Counted from the first letter of the stretch, positions 1 to 11,019 are shown. The stretch is DNA of 57,947 nucleotides from Alphaproteobacteria bacterium MarineAlpha5_Bin7 (GCA_002938195.1 PTKX01000005.1:1-57947); one strand, 5' to 3'. Made by a program: numbers and translations. Notes: generated by a model not told the origin, from the letters alone.

Positions 1-2235
1 TGCAAATTGCTCAGTAACTGAAGTTAAATATACTTTAAGTTCTGGCCATTCTGTTTGTAGCCAATCTTCTAGTTTTGCCATAACACTTGCAGCATTTCCT
101 GTCGTTGTAGTCATAACATAGTGATTTTCACCAAGTCTGCTAGTCACCCCGTCATCCATTACCATCCCATCATCGCCAAGCATCAAACCATATCGACATT
201 TTCCAATTTGAAGTTTTGACCATGAATTAGTATATATGCGATTAAGAAATTCACTTGCATCTCTTCCTTTAATATCAATCTTTCCTAAAGTTGAGGCATC
301 AAGTATTCCTATTCCATCTCTAGTAGCCTTAACTTCGCGATTAACTGCTTGTTGCATATCTTCATTATTTTTTGGATAGTACCAAGCTCTTTTCCATTGT
401 CCCACATCTTCAAATTTAGCTCCGTTATTAACATGCCATTGATGTATTGGAGTTGTTCTTTCTACGTCAAAAAATTCTTTAACATGTCTTCCTGCTAATG
501 CGCCAAAAGTTACAGGCGTGTAGGGTAATCTAAATGTGGTTGTACCAAGTTTATGAATTGGTATGCCCGTTAGCTCTGAGACAATACCTAAAGCATTAAT
601 ATTGCTAGTTTTTCCTTGATCAGTAGCCATTCCAGTAGTGGTATACCGTTTTACGTGTTCAATTGACTTATAACCTTCTTTGAGGGCTAATTTTATATCT
701 TTTGCGGTAACATCGTTTTGAAAATCAACAAACATTTTAGTTTTGCCGAAATGTTTATCTGAGGGAATAATCCAAAGATGTTTCATTTTATCATAAAAAA
801 TTTTTTCTACATTTAAAGGGTTTATATAATTTGTTTTTTCTATTTTTTTTCCTAATTCTGCAAATAATTTTGGAATTTTTTTATTAATTTCTTCTATAAT
901 TTTATCTAATTCAAAAGTACCATTACATGCCCCTATAGATATTTGATTTTGAAATGATTGATCAGGAATAAAAGTTGCATCAGATTCTCTGTAGATTAAT
1001 TTACCTCTTGATTGAGTAAATAAATGTACAGTTGGGGTCCACCCTCCTGATATACAAAGAAGATCACATGGTATTTTTCCATAATTGCTAATTATTTTGT
1101 TAGTTCGTCCATCAATTTTATGTACAAATACTAAACTAATTTTTTTTCTACCTGAAGTGTTAGTTATAATATGATTGAATAAAATTTTAATTCCTAAAGA
1201 TTTAGCTTTTTTAATAAGATCTCCATCAGAATTATTACGTAAATCAATAATGATAATATTTTTTGAAGAATTTTTGTTAATTAAGTTTATAGCTGTATGA
1301 TAAGCATAATCATTATTAGTAAAAAAAATTATATTTTTTCCTATATTTTGATTTCGATTTGCATAGTAGTTTGCACTATTTGATAACATTATTCCAGGCC
1401 TATCATTATTATTAAATGTTAGAGGTCTTTCTATAGATCCGGTTGCTAAAATTACTTTTTTAGCTCTGATTTTCCAGATAATCTGCCTTATATTTTCATT
1501 ATTTATTTTCTGACAAGCTAATAAATAATTATGGTGCATATACGCAAACACACTAGTATCTTTAACGACTCTAACATTAGGATATTTTTTTAAACTTAAA
1601 CAAATATCATTTAATAAATTTTCTTCAGAATTATTAATTAACTCATGTTTACTTATTTCATCAACTATTTGTGGTTTTTGCTCTAATAATAAAACTTTTA
1701 AATTAGCTTTACCTGCTAGTTCAGCTGCGTACAAACCGCTTATTCCTCCTCCTATTATTAAAACATCGCAATGGTAATGAAAATGTTCGTATTTATCAGG
1801 ATCATCCTCTGTAGGCGACTTTCCTAAACCTGCTGCTTTTCTGATAAAATATTCATATTTCCCCCAAAATTTTGGAGGCCACATAAAGGTTTTGTAATAA
1901 AATCCAGCTGGGAAAAAAGGTGAGAGAATATCATTTATTGATCCAATATCTAAATTTACACTTGGCCAATTATTTTGAGATTTGGCATTTAATCCCTCAT
2001 AAATAATTATCTCAGTTGCTCTAACGTTTGGTTCAGTTTTATTGCCAGTTTCCAATTGAACAATAGCATTTGGTTCTTCACTACCTGCGCTAATTATTCC
2101 TCTTGGTCTATGATATTTGAAACTTCTTCCTACTAAAAATATATTGTTATCAATCAAAGCCTTTGCAAGTGTATCACCTTCACTTCCAAAATATTTTTTT
2201 CCATCAAATGTAAAAGAAATTTTTTTTGACATCAT
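1..2235 (-). CDS. soxA: Heterotetrameric sarcosine oxidase alpha subunit (3' end runs off the window)
   Basis: Not in the ORF track; translated by hand at several points in one frame. ATG at 2235 overlaps the soxD stop (ATGA). Motifs: ISFTFDGKKYFGSEGDTLA, RSFKYHRPRGI, CDVLIIGGGISG, IRAKKVILATG, FVDFQNDVTAKDI, WLQTEWPELKVYLTSVTEQFA. Confidence 0.95.
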   Translation of the reverse strand, partial: MMSKKISFTFDGKKYFGSEGDTLAKALIDNNIFLVGRSFKYHRPRGIISAGSEEPNAIVQLETGNKTEPNVRATEIIIYEGLNAKSQNNWPSVNLDIGSINDILSPFFPAGFYYKTFMWPPKFWGKYEYFIRKAAGLGKSPTEDDPDKYEHFHYHCDVLIIGGGISGLYAAELAGKANLKVLLLEQKPQIVDEISKHELINNSEENLLNDICLSLKKYPNVRVVKDTSVFAYMHHNYLLACQKINNENIRQIIWKIRAKKVILATGSIERPLTFNNNDRPGIMLSNSANYYANRNQNIGKNIIFFTNNDYAYHTAINLINKNSSKNIIIIDLRNNSDGDLIKKAKSLGIKILFNHIITNTSGRKKISLVFVHKIDGRTNKIISNYGKIPCDLLCISGGWTPTVHLFTQSRGKLIYRESDATFIPDQSFQNQISIGACNGTFELDKIIEEINKKIPKLFAELGKKIEKTNYINPLNVEKIFYDKMKHLWIIPSDKHFGKTKMFVDFQNDVTAKDIKLALKEGYKSIEHVKRYTTTGMATDQGKTSNINALGIVSELTGIPIHKLGTTTFRLPYTPVTFGALAGRHVKEFFDVERTTPIHQWHVNNGAKFEDVGQWKRAWYYPKNNEDMQQAVNREVKATRDGIGILDASTLGKIDIKGRDASEFLNRIYTNSWSKLQIGKCRYGLMLGDDGMVMDDGVTSRLGENHYVMTTTTGNAASVMAKLEDWLQTEWPELKVYLTSVTEQFA

Positions 2236-2588
2236 TGTTTTTTTTCAAAAGAAGTTGAATAGTTTCCAGAGCCAATTATTGGTTCTCCTGAAGGTGTTTT
2301 AGGATTGTTACCTTCTATCTGAGGGGCTTTTTCACCAATATTGTATATTTTTAAAATCTCATCAGTTGCAGTATTTCTTACAACATTAAACCATCTACGA
2401 CATCCATTTGAATGATTCCATCTTTCAAATTGAATACCCTTTATATTTTTACGCATAAATAGATAATCCGCCCATTGATCGTCGGTTAAATTTAGAGGAT
2501 TTTTTGGACGCACAATGTGTGCCTCACCTCCACAATTAAATTCGGATTGATCTCTTTCACCACAATGAGGACAATTTATTAAAAACAT
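2232..2588 (-). CDS. soxD: Sarcosine oxidase delta subunit
   Basis: CPHCGER...EF Zn-binding start, ERWNHSNGCRRWFNVVRNT; lies between soxB and soxA. Confidence 0.95.
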   Translation of the reverse strand: MFLINCPHCGERDQSEFNCGGEAHIVRPKNPLNLTDDQWADYLFMRKNIKGIQFERWNHSNGCRRWFNVVRNTATDEILKIYNIGEKAPQIEGNNPKTPSGEPIIGSGNYSTSFEKKQ

Positions 2589-2590
2589 AA

Positions 2591-3853
2591 TTAATGAGCT
2601 ACTGCTGCAGCACCATGCTCGTCTACCAATTCTCCACTTGAAAAACGATTAATATTAAAAGGTGCATTTAGAGCATGGGGTTCATCATTAGCAATTGTAT
2701 GTGCAAAAACCCAGCCTGATCCCGGGGTTGCTTTAAAACCTCCTGTTCCCCAACCACAATTAAAATACAATCCATTAATATGAGTTTTGCTCACAATTGG
2801 ACTTGCATCTGGACATATATCAACAATTCCACCCCAGTGTCGTAACATTTTCATTCTTGAAAAAAGAGGAAATAGTTCTACAACTGCAGTTATGGTATCT
2901 TCTACAATATTGAATCCTCCTCGCTGAGTATAAGAGGTATAACCATCAGTTCCAGCGCCTATAACTAGTTCACCTTTATCTGATTGTGAAACGTATGCAT
3001 GAATAGTATTTGACATAACTACAGTATCAATAATTGGTTTTACTGGCTCAGAAACTAAAGCTTGCAAAGGTCTACTTTCTAAAGGAAGTCTAATACCAAC
3101 CATGTTTGCTATAACACTAGAATGTCCAGCAGCAACTACTCCTATTTTTTTTGATTTTATTAATCCTTTAGTTGTTTCAATTCCGGTAACATTACCTTCT
3201 TTAATATTAATATTAGTTACTTCGCAGTTTTGAATTATATCAACGCCCATAGCATTTGCACCTCTGGCATAACCCCAAGCAACTGCATCATGTCTTGCAG
3301 TCCCTGCGCGACGTTGAAGTGTAGCTCCTAAAACAGGATATCTAATATTTTGCGAAGTATTAATTACTGGACAAAATTTTTTTACCTGTTGAGTATTGAG
3401 CCACTCACAATCAATATCATTTAGTCGGTTAGCATGCCATCGGCGTTTCAATTCTCTAACATCATGTAGAGTATGAGCAACATTCATTACACCTCTTTGC
3501 GAAAACATAACATTGTAATTCAGTTCTTGTGACATACCTTCCCATAATTTTAGAGCATGTTCATATAAAGCAGCACTTTGATCCCATAAATAATTAGATC
3601 TAATGATAGTAGTGTTTCTTCCAGTATTTCCTCCGCCTATCCATCCTTTTTCAATTACTGCTATATTTTTAATATTATGATTTTTAGCTAGATAATAAGC
3701 GGTTGTTAATCCGTGACCACCTCCACCAATTATTATAGCTTCATATTCTTTTTTTGGCTCTGGGGAGTCCCAAGCTGGCTGCCAGTTTTCATGATAAGAA
3801 AAAGCATTTTTAATTAGAGAAAAAACAGAATATTTTTTTGGTTTTTTATTCAT
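2591..3853 (-). CDS. soxB: Sarcosine oxidase beta subunit
   Basis: GGGGHGL FAD motif, [43 protein letters not shown]-terminal AAAVAH. Confidence 0.97.
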   Translation of the reverse strand: MNKKPKKYSVFSLIKNAFSYHENWQPAWDSPEPKKEYEAIIIGGGGHGLTTAYYLAKNHNIKNIAVIEKGWIGGGNTGRNTTIIRSNYLWDQSAALYEHALKLWEGMSQELNYNVMFSQRGVMNVAHTLHDVRELKRRWHANRLNDIDCEWLNTQQVKKFCPVINTSQNIRYPVLGATLQRRAGTARHDAVAWGYARGANAMGVDIIQNCEVTNINIKEGNVTGIETTKGLIKSKKIGVVAAGHSSVIANMVGIRLPLESRPLQALVSEPVKPIIDTVVMSNTIHAYVSQSDKGELVIGAGTDGYTSYTQRGGFNIVEDTITAVVELFPLFSRMKMLRHWGGIVDICPDASPIVSKTHINGLYFNCGWGTGGFKATPGSGWVFAHTIANDEPHALNAPFNINRFSSGELVDEHGAAAVAH

Positions 3854-3884
3854 TTTGATAGACTAAAGTAAATCTATAACAGTT

Positions 3885-5546
3885 TTAGAAAAGACCTTCA
3901 ATTTCTCCATTATCATTAAGATGAATAGAATTAGCTGCAGGAACGCTTGGGAGTCCTGGCATGGTCATAATTTCTCCACATACCACAACAATAAATTCTG
4001 CGCCGCTAGAAAGCCTTACCTCTCTTATGGGGATGCTATGTCCAGATGGCGCACCTTTTAGCGCTGGATCTGTTGAAAAGCTATACTGAGTTTTGGCCAC
4101 ACAAATAGGAAAATTTCCATAACCATTTTCTTCGAATTGTTTTAACTGTTCTTTAATCTTGTTATCAGCGATAACTTCGCTAGCATCATAAATTTCTTTT
4201 GCTATGGTTTCTATTTTATCTAATAAACTAATCTTATCTTCATAAAGAACTTCAAATGATTTTTCTTGATTAGATATTTCAACAACTTTTTTGGCAAGCT
4301 CAACAGTTCCCTCTCCACCTTTTGACCAATGCTGGCAAGATATTGCCTCAACATTAATTTTTTTACATTCATCTTTAAGGGCTAACATTTCATTTTCTGT
4401 ATCAGCAATAAAATGGTTTATAGCAACTACAACTGGCAATTTAAATTTTCTAATATTTTCTATATGTTTTTTTAAATTAGATATTCCAGATTTAACAGCT
4501 TCAATATTTTCTGTTTTTAAATTTTCTTTAGAAACTCCTCCATGCATTTTTAGCGCTCTGATAGTAGCAACTAAAACTACAGCATCTGGAGCCAGTCCTG
4601 CCATTCTACATTTTATATTAAGAAATTTCTCTGCTCCTAAATCAGCACCAAAACCTGCCTCAGTAACAACATAATCTGACAACTTTAAACTTGTTTTTGT
4701 TGCAATAACACTATTGCAGCCATGAGCTATATTAGCAAACGGGCCTCCATGAATAATAGCAGGATTATTTTCTAAAGTCTGAACTAAATTAGGCATTAAA
4801 GCTTGTTTTAATAATACGGTCATTGGACCTTCGGCTTTTAAATCTTTTGCAAAAATTGGTTTTTTATCTCTTGTATAAGCAATTGTTATGTTACCAAGTC
4901 TTCTTTCTAAATCTTTTAAATCACTTGCTAAACAAAATATTGCCATTACTTCTGAGGCAACTGTTATATTAAATCCATCTAATCTTGGGTATCCATTAGA
5001 AATACCTCCAAGGTTAGCCGTTATTTCTCTTAAAGCTCTATCATTTAAATCAATGCATCTTTTCCAAGAGACTCTTCTAGAGTCAATTCCTAATTTATTA
5101 CCCCAATAAATATGATTATCAATTAAAGATGCTAACAAATTATTTGCTGAAGTAATTGCATGAAAGTCGCCTGTAAAATGTAAATTGATATGTTCCATGG
5201 GAATTACTTGAGCATAGCCACCACCAGCTGCGCCACCTTTCATTCCAAAACTTGGTCCTAGACTTGGTTCTCGCAAACATACTGTGCTTTGTTTTCCAAT
5301 CTTACAAAGACCATCACTCAAACCCACTGATGTGGTTGTTTTTCCTTCACCAGCTGGAGTTGGAGTAATAGCAGTTACTAGTATAAGTTTAGAATTTTTA
5401 TTAGGGAGTTTGTTAATAGAATTAATATCTATTTTCGCAATATGATGTCCATAAGGTCGTAAATCTTCATCTTTTAAATTTAATTTAGAAGCTATATCTT
5501 TTATATTCTCTTTTTTAGCTTTTCTTGCGATTTCAATATCAGACAT
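3885..5546 (-). CDS. fhs: Formate-tetrahydrofolate ligase
   Basis: [51 protein letters not shown]. Confidence 0.98.
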   Translation of the reverse strand: MSDIEIARKAKKENIKDIASKLNLKDEDLRPYGHHIAKIDINSINKLPNKNSKLILVTAITPTPAGEGKTTTSVGLSDGLCKIGKQSTVCLREPSLGPSFGMKGGAAGGGYAQVIPMEHINLHFTGDFHAITSANNLLASLIDNHIYWGNKLGIDSRRVSWKRCIDLNDRALREITANLGGISNGYPRLDGFNITVASEVMAIFCLASDLKDLERRLGNITIAYTRDKKPIFAKDLKAEGPMTVLLKQALMPNLVQTLENNPAIIHGGPFANIAHGCNSVIATKTSLKLSDYVVTEAGFGADLGAEKFLNIKCRMAGLAPDAVVLVATIRALKMHGGVSKENLKTENIEAVKSGISNLKKHIENIRKFKLPVVVAINHFIADTENEMLALKDECKKINVEAISCQHWSKGGEGTVELAKKVVEISNQEKSFEVLYEDKISLLDKIETIAKEIYDASEVIADNKIKEQLKQFEENGYGNFPICVAKTQYSFSTDPALKGAPSGHSIPIREVRLSSGAEFIVVVCGEIMTMPGLPSVPAANSIHLNDNGEIEGLF

Positions 5547-5570
5547 AATAAATAATTTTTGTTGTATAGA

Positions 5571-6473
5571 CTATTTTTTGTCAGGTTTAAATTCATTATT
5601 AGAATTAATTTCAAGCGATGAATCTAAAATTAAACTTAACCATTCTGATGTTTTTTTTATACCTCCAAATGCATAAAAATGCAGTTTTGCCAATCGAGAA
5701 GCTGGATTTTCCTGTTTATATAGAGCAAGATCAGTGATCAACTTATCAGGAGTCTTAGATGAGGCAAGTTTAGTTATGTTTAAAGCTTGTTTTGAGAGAA
5801 ACCTTATGGAATTTCTTATGCCACATGAAGTAGCATAGGATATCAAAGTTTTTAAAGTTGCCGGACCAGGTATGCCTGCATGAATTTCTAATTTATTGTT
5901 TAAGGAATTTAGATGATATTCCCATTTTTCAAAAATAGAAGCTTCAAAAAAAAATTGTGTAGCTATATATATTTTAAAATCGACATTATTAGCAAAATTA
6001 TTTTTTTCAATAATTGCCTTATCAAGTTCAGTATTAGAAATATCTGGACTACCTTCCGGATGTCCAGCTACACCAACTTGAGTAAAGTTAAATTTTGATA
6101 ATAAATCTGTTTTTAAAACTTCTATACTAGAACTAATTTCTCCTTTTTGATTTCCCCCACCTCCAATAATTAATATTTTTTTACATCCTGCATTTTCTGA
6201 TAAGGAACCTATGTATTTTTCTAAATCTGCAATATCTTTTATTGTTCTGGCTGGGAGGTGAGGGATTACATCAAATCCTTCAAGATTTAATTTTTTACAA
6301 GTATTTACTACATTGTCTGGGTTTTCATCTGGCAAGTAAGTTACATATACATCATTCTTTTTAGGTAACATTTCAATAAAAGTACCATATTTATTATAAA
6401 CATTAGGTGTAGTTTCTATTGAGAAATCTTTTATTAATTCTTTGATTAATAATTCTTTATAATTTGTTGCCAT
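5571..6473 (-). CDS. metF: Methylenetetrahydrofolate reductase family protein
   Basis: FSIETTP, PHLPAR, VAGHPEGSP, ATQFFF motifs; directly upstream of fhs. Confidence 0.85.
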   Translation of the reverse strand: MATNYKELLIKELIKDFSIETTPNVYNKYGTFIEMLPKKNDVYVTYLPDENPDNVVNTCKKLNLEGFDVIPHLPARTIKDIADLEKYIGSLSENAGCKKILIIGGGGNQKGEISSSIEVLKTDLLSKFNFTQVGVAGHPEGSPDISNTELDKAIIEKNNFANNVDFKIYIATQFFFEASIFEKWEYHLNSLNNKLEIHAGIPGPATLKTLISYATSCGIRNSIRFLSKQALNITKLASSKTPDKLITDLALYKQENPASRLAKLHFYAFGGIKKTSEWLSLILDSSLEINSNNEFKPDKK

Positions 6474-6506
6474 TTAATAACATTTATTTATATATTTTTC
6501 CTGTAA

Positions 6507-7442
6507 ATGAATAGTGATCAATTTACCATAATTTCTTTTTATCAATTCAAAAAAATTCGTAATCCTGAGAAATTACAAATAATATTAAAGGATTTTTGCT
6601 TCTTTCATAAAATTAAAGGAACAATCCTTTTAGCAAATGAAGGAATTAATGGAACAAATGCTGGATTAAAAAATTCTATTAAATTACTGCAAGAGAAATT
6701 AAATGAATTAAATTTCAAGGATTTAGAGATCAAAGAATCTTTGTGTCAATATATGCCTTTCAATAGATTGAAAATTAAAATTAAAAAAGAAATTGTGACA
6801 TTTGACGGAAATCACTACAATTCACTCACCGGTACTGCCAAACATATAGATAATCAAAGTTGGAATAATTTGATCAAAGAAAAAAATACGCTTGTAATTG
6901 ATGTAAGAAATGAATTTGAGAATAAGATGGGAACCTTTGTAAATTCATTAAATCCTAAAACTAAATCTTTTTCTGAATTTAAAAAATATGTAGATTCATT
7001 TTTAAGTAAGCATAAGGATAAAAATATCGCCATGTTTTGCACAGGAGGAATAAGATGTGAAAAAGCATCTTCTTATATGTTAACCAAGGGTTTTAAAAAT
7101 TTATATCAATTAAAAGGAGGCATAATAAAATATCTTGCAAAAATTCCCAAAAAAGAATCTCTATGGCAAGGTGAGTGCTTTGTATTTGATAATCGTGTAT
7201 CTATTACAAATGGAATGTCAGTAGGAACTTATTCTTTATGTCATGGCTGCAGATTACCTATAAATTCTGAAGATAAGGAGTCTTACAAATATGAAGAAGG
7301 TGTTACATGCCCAAATTGTTTTAATAAAATATCTTTAGATAAAAAAAGAAGACTTAGAGAGCGCAACAAACAGATTAAAATATCCAAAAAGAAAGGTATT
7401 TATAACCCCTATATTAGATTAACTACTTTTGATTATTCTTAA
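6507..7442 (+). CDS. trhO: Rhodanese-domain tRNA U34 hydroxylase (UPF0176/TrhO)
   Basis: GTILLANEGINGT, KKEIVT, MFCTGGIRCEKAS, LKGGIIKYL, GECFVFDNRV. Confidence 0.9.
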   Translation: MNSDQFTIISFYQFKKIRNPEKLQIILKDFCFFHKIKGTILLANEGINGTNAGLKNSIKLLQEKLNELNFKDLEIKESLCQYMPFNRLKIKIKKEIVTFDGNHYNSLTGTAKHIDNQSWNNLIKEKNTLVIDVRNEFENKMGTFVNSLNPKTKSFSEFKKYVDSFLSKHKDKNIAMFCTGGIRCEKASSYMLTKGFKNLYQLKGGIIKYLAKIPKKESLWQGECFVFDNRVSITNGMSVGTYSLCHGCRLPINSEDKESYKYEEGVTCPNCFNKISLDKKRRLRERNKQIKISKKKGIYNPYIRLTTFDYS

Positions 7443-7483
7443 AAATATGTTTATTTAATTTATTTTTTATATATAGACTTTGT

Positions 7484-7678
7484 ATGGCTAAAAAAACATC
7501 ATTTGCATTAAAGCAATTAGTTCCAGAAGAAAATCCAAAAACAGGAACGAAATATATTGTGAGAAAACCAACAAAAGGATTAAAGGTTTCAGAGAAACTT
7601 AGATTAAAAAAATATGATCCAGTATTAAAAAAACATGTATGGTTTGTTGAAAAAAAAATGCCTCCTCATAGTAAATAA
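7484..7678 (+). CDS. rpmG: 50S ribosomal protein L33 (Cys-free, extended type)
   Basis: KLRLKKYDPVLKKHVWFVEKK L33 C-terminal signature. Confidence 0.9.
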   Translation: MAKKTSFALKQLVPEENPKTGTKYIVRKPTKGLKVSEKLRLKKYDPVLKKHVWFVEKKMPPHSK

Positions 7679-7725
7679 TAGACTCGAAACCTTTATATTT
7701 ATTCTCTTATCACTATTTATTTTTT

Positions 7726-9039
7726 ATGATTAAAAAAAAAATAGCTGTTATTGGATCAGGTATCTCAGGTTTAAGTGCTAGTGTTTTTTTATCTTCTAAA
7801 TATGAAGTGCAACTTTTAGAAAAAAATGATTACTTAGGAGGTCATACACGAACTAAAAAATTAAAAGAAAACAACAATATCTTAAGTATCGATACAGGCT
7901 TTATTGTTTATAATAATAAAAATTATCCTGATTTAAGTAATTTTTTTAAATATTTAAATCTTGAAACAGAAGAATCAAACATGTCTTTCTCTTTATCTAT
8001 AAATAAATCAAATATTGAATATGGAGGATCAAGTTTAAAAAGCCTATTTGCACAAAAAAAAAATTTATTTTCATTTAAATTTTTATTATTAATTAAAGAA
8101 ATAAGAAGGTTTTATAAATTTTGTAAAAATTTATCTTTAGAGAATTATACAAATGAATTCACATTAGAAGATTTTTTAAATCAAAATAAATTTAGTGACA
8201 ATATAAGAAATCTCCATATTTATCCAATGGCTTCCTCAATTTGGTCAAATAATAAAAAAGAAATTAAAAATTTTCCTTTTGTCTCTTTTATAAATTTTTT
8301 TAAAAATCACGGATTATTTGATTTTAAAAACAGACCTCAATGGAGATTTGTAAAAGGGGGGAGCAGTAAATATATAGAGAAAATTATATCAAAAAAAATG
8401 TTTAATTATAAGGTAAATTTTTGTGTTAAAAAGATTATTAGAAAAAAAAATAAAATAGTAATAATATCAGATAATGGTCAAAATATAGAAGTAGATAAAG
8501 TAGTGATCGCTACACATGCCGATCAATCATTAAAAATGTTAGAAGAGCCAAGCAAAGAGGAAAATAATATTTTATCAAAATTTAGATATACTAACAATGA
8601 AGCTTTTTTGCATTCAGATCATTCTTTTATGCCAAGAAATTTAAAGGCATGGTCTAGTTGGAATTTTATAGGAGATTCTATAAATGATAATAATTTTTCT
8701 TTAAGTTATTGGATGAATAATCTTCAAAACATTAAAAGTAACAAAGAATATTTTGTTACTATCAATCCTCAAATATCTCCAAAAGAATATTATGATCATA
8801 CCTTTTTCGAACATCCAATTTACAATTTAGAAACAATAAATGCTCAAAAAAAAATCAACATAATTCAAGGTTATTTGAATACTTATTATTGTGGAAGTTA
8901 TTGTGGATTTGGTTTTCATGAAGATGGTATTCAATCAGCAGCATATATAGCTGAAGTTTTGAACGTAGCTCTACCTTGGGAAAGAAATGAAAATTTTGAA
9001 AGTAGATTAAATTACAGTAAAAAGCATTATGGAGACTAA
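7726..9039 (+). CDS. NAD(P)/FAD-dependent oxidoreductase, UfaD/RSP1091-like putative fatty acyl desaturase
   Basis: IAVIGSGISGL, LGGHTRT, IDTGFIVYN..NYP, AWSSWNF, YWMNNLQ, GFHEDG; cotranscribed with DUF1365 and a cfa-like gene. Confidence 0.85.
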   Translation: MIKKKIAVIGSGISGLSASVFLSSKYEVQLLEKNDYLGGHTRTKKLKENNNILSIDTGFIVYNNKNYPDLSNFFKYLNLETEESNMSFSLSINKSNIEYGGSSLKSLFAQKKNLFSFKFLLLIKEIRRFYKFCKNLSLENYTNEFTLEDFLNQNKFSDNIRNLHIYPMASSIWSNNKKEIKNFPFVSFINFFKNHGLFDFKNRPQWRFVKGGSSKYIEKIISKKMFNYKVNFCVKKIIRKKNKIVIISDNGQNIEVDKVVIATHADQSLKMLEEPSKEENNILSKFRYTNNEAFLHSDHSFMPRNLKAWSSWNFIGDSINDNNFSLSYWMNNLQNIKSNKEYFVTINPQISPKEYYDHTFFEHPIYNLETINAQKKINIIQGYLNTYYCGSYCGFGFHEDGIQSAAYIAEVLNVALPWERNENFESRLNYSKKHYGD

Positions 9040-9802
9040 GTTATTTTTTTGCAAAGTGATACATGAAAGATTTATTCCTTTTAAAAATAGGTTTAAATAT
9101 AATGTTTTAAGTATTTTTATAGATTACGATGAAATCAATTATTTATCAAAAAAAATTTTTTTGTTTTCATATAACAAGTTAAATTTATTTTCTTTTAATG
9201 AAAAAGATCATGGTTTCAGAGATGGACAATTATTAAATGAATATGTAAAATATTATCTGAAAGAAAATAAAATTAAATTTAATCATCTAAAAATAAAAAT
9301 TTTATGTTTTCCAAGAATATTAGGATATGTTTTTAATCCCTTGTCCGTTATTTATTGTTTTGATAATAATCGGCTTATATCTATTTTTTATGAAGTTAAA
9401 AATACACCTAATGAGCAACATACCTATATTTTTGCAAATAAAAAAAAGCTTAATAAGTCAATATTAAATCATCAATGTAATAAAAATTTTTATGTATCGC
9501 CATTTATTGAAATGAACTGTAAATATAAATTTAACAATAAAATTCCAAATGATAGGGTTTCAATTATCATTGAAGTTTTTGATCAATTAAAAAATAAAAT
9601 TTTACTTGCATCACAAACAGGAAAAAGAATTAAATTTAATTCGTTTTCGATACTAAAATATGTATTATTTAATCCTCTAGTAATGTATAAAATAATTTTT
9701 CTTATCTTATATCAGTCAGTTGTTATTATGTTTAAGGGTGGTAAATATTATTCACGAAAACAAAAGAAAAAAAATTCAATTTCTTTTGAAGGAAATATTT
9801 AA
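9029..9802 (+). CDS. DUF1365 family protein (UfaO/RSP1090-like)
   Basis: H.RF.P...F.Y, PRILGYVFNPLSV, YEVKNT, K.FYVSPF. Confidence 0.9.
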   Translation: METKLFFCKVIHERFIPFKNRFKYNVLSIFIDYDEINYLSKKIFLFSYNKLNLFSFNEKDHGFRDGQLLNEYVKYYLKENKIKFNHLKIKILCFPRILGYVFNPLSVIYCFDNNRLISIFYEVKNTPNEQHTYIFANKKKLNKSILNHQCNKNFYVSPFIEMNCKYKFNNKIPNDRVSIIIEVFDQLKNKILLASQTGKRIKFNSFSILKYVLFNPLVMYKIIFLILYQSVVIMFKGGKYYSRKQKKKNSISFEGNI

Positions 9803-9803
9803 T

Positions 9804-10997
9804 ATGAAAATTTTTTCAAATTATTTTGATAATTCATTTGAAAAATTAGCTCATACTTTTTTATCAAAAAATAAATATGGAAGTATAAAAGTGATATTTC
9901 CTTCGAAAAAATTTTATATTTTTAAGGGTTATGAAGAAGGATATGAAGCAGATGTTAGGTTAAATAATTATAATTTGTTTTATAAGTTATTAAGAAAAGG
10001 ATCTGTTGGATTTGCAGAATCTTATATGGATGATGATTTTGAGACTAGCAACTTATCAAAGCTGCTACTTTTTGCTCGGCAGAATGAGCTATCCTATTTG
10101 AATCAAAAAAAAGCAAAATGGTTTCATAATTTTATTATAAAAATACAACATTATATGAAAAAAAATACAAAAATTGGTAGTAAAAAAAATATAAGCCATC
10201 ATTATGATCTCGGTAACAATTTTTATAAACAATGGTTGGATAAATCGATGACATATTCATCCGGATTATTTGAGCAAAGTAGTGACGATTTATATAAAGC
10301 TCAATTAAATAAATATATAGGCATAGCTGAACCATTAAAATTAAATGATCAATCAAAACTACTTGAAATTGGATGTGGCTGGGGAGGATTCTCAACATTT
10401 GTTGCAAAAAAATATGGAGCAAATGTAAAGGCAATAACAATTTCAAAAGAACAATTTAATTTTGCTTCAGAAAAAATTGCTAGCGAAGGCTTGAATGAAA
10501 AAATATCTATTGAGATGCGTGATTATAGAGATATTAAAGATCAATATAAAAACATAGTTTCAATAGAAATGTTTGAAGCTGTTGGAAAACAATATTGGTT
10601 GCAATTTTTTGATAAAATTAAAAGTAGTTTAACCAATGATGGATTAGCTACAATGCAAATAATAACTATTGAAGAAAATAGAGCTAATTATTATCAATCT
10701 AATCCTGATTTTATCCAGCAATATATTTTTCCTGGAGGCGTTCTTCCTTCAAAAAAACAACTATCAACAATAACTACTTTGTTAGGATTAAAATTAAATG
10801 AATATAAAAATTTCCAACAATCTTATGCTAAGACTTTAGAATTATGGAATAAGAAATTTCAGGATTCCTGGACTCACATTTCTCAACAAGGTTATTCTTT
10901 AAGATTTAAAAGAATGTGGGAATACTATTTGTGTTATTGCCAAGCAGGCTTTATTTCAGGATCAACAGACGTTTCTCAATTTATAATAAAGAAATAA
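9804..10997 (+). CDS. cfa: Cyclopropane-fatty-acyl-phospholipid synthase family SAM methyltransferase (UfaM/Cfa-like)
   Basis: NISHHYDLGNNFY, MTYSS, LLEIGCGWGG, SIEMFEAVG, FIQQYIFPGG, RMWEYYLCYC. Start moved to the ATG at 9804, just after the DUF1365 stop. Confidence 0.88.
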   Translation: MKIFSNYFDNSFEKLAHTFLSKNKYGSIKVIFPSKKFYIFKGYEEGYEADVRLNNYNLFYKLLRKGSVGFAESYMDDDFETSNLSKLLLFARQNELSYLNQKKAKWFHNFIIKIQHYMKKNTKIGSKKNISHHYDLGNNFYKQWLDKSMTYSSGLFEQSSDDLYKAQLNKYIGIAEPLKLNDQSKLLEIGCGWGGFSTFVAKKYGANVKAITISKEQFNFASEKIASEGLNEKISIEMRDYRDIKDQYKNIVSIEMFEAVGKQYWLQFFDKIKSSLTNDGLATMQIITIEENRANYYQSNPDFIQQYIFPGGVLPSKKQLSTITTLLGLKLNEYKNFQQSYAKTLELWNKKFQDSWTHISQQGYSLRFKRMWEYYLCYCQAGFISGSTDVSQFIIKK

Positions 10998-11019
10998 TGA
11001 AAGTATAGATTAAATTATT

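Noticed and set aside
1-3853. Reading the 'sox' genes as thiosulfate-oxidation Sox linked to aprMBA
   Set aside because: The motifs are those of heterotetrameric sarcosine oxidase; only the gene names coincide.
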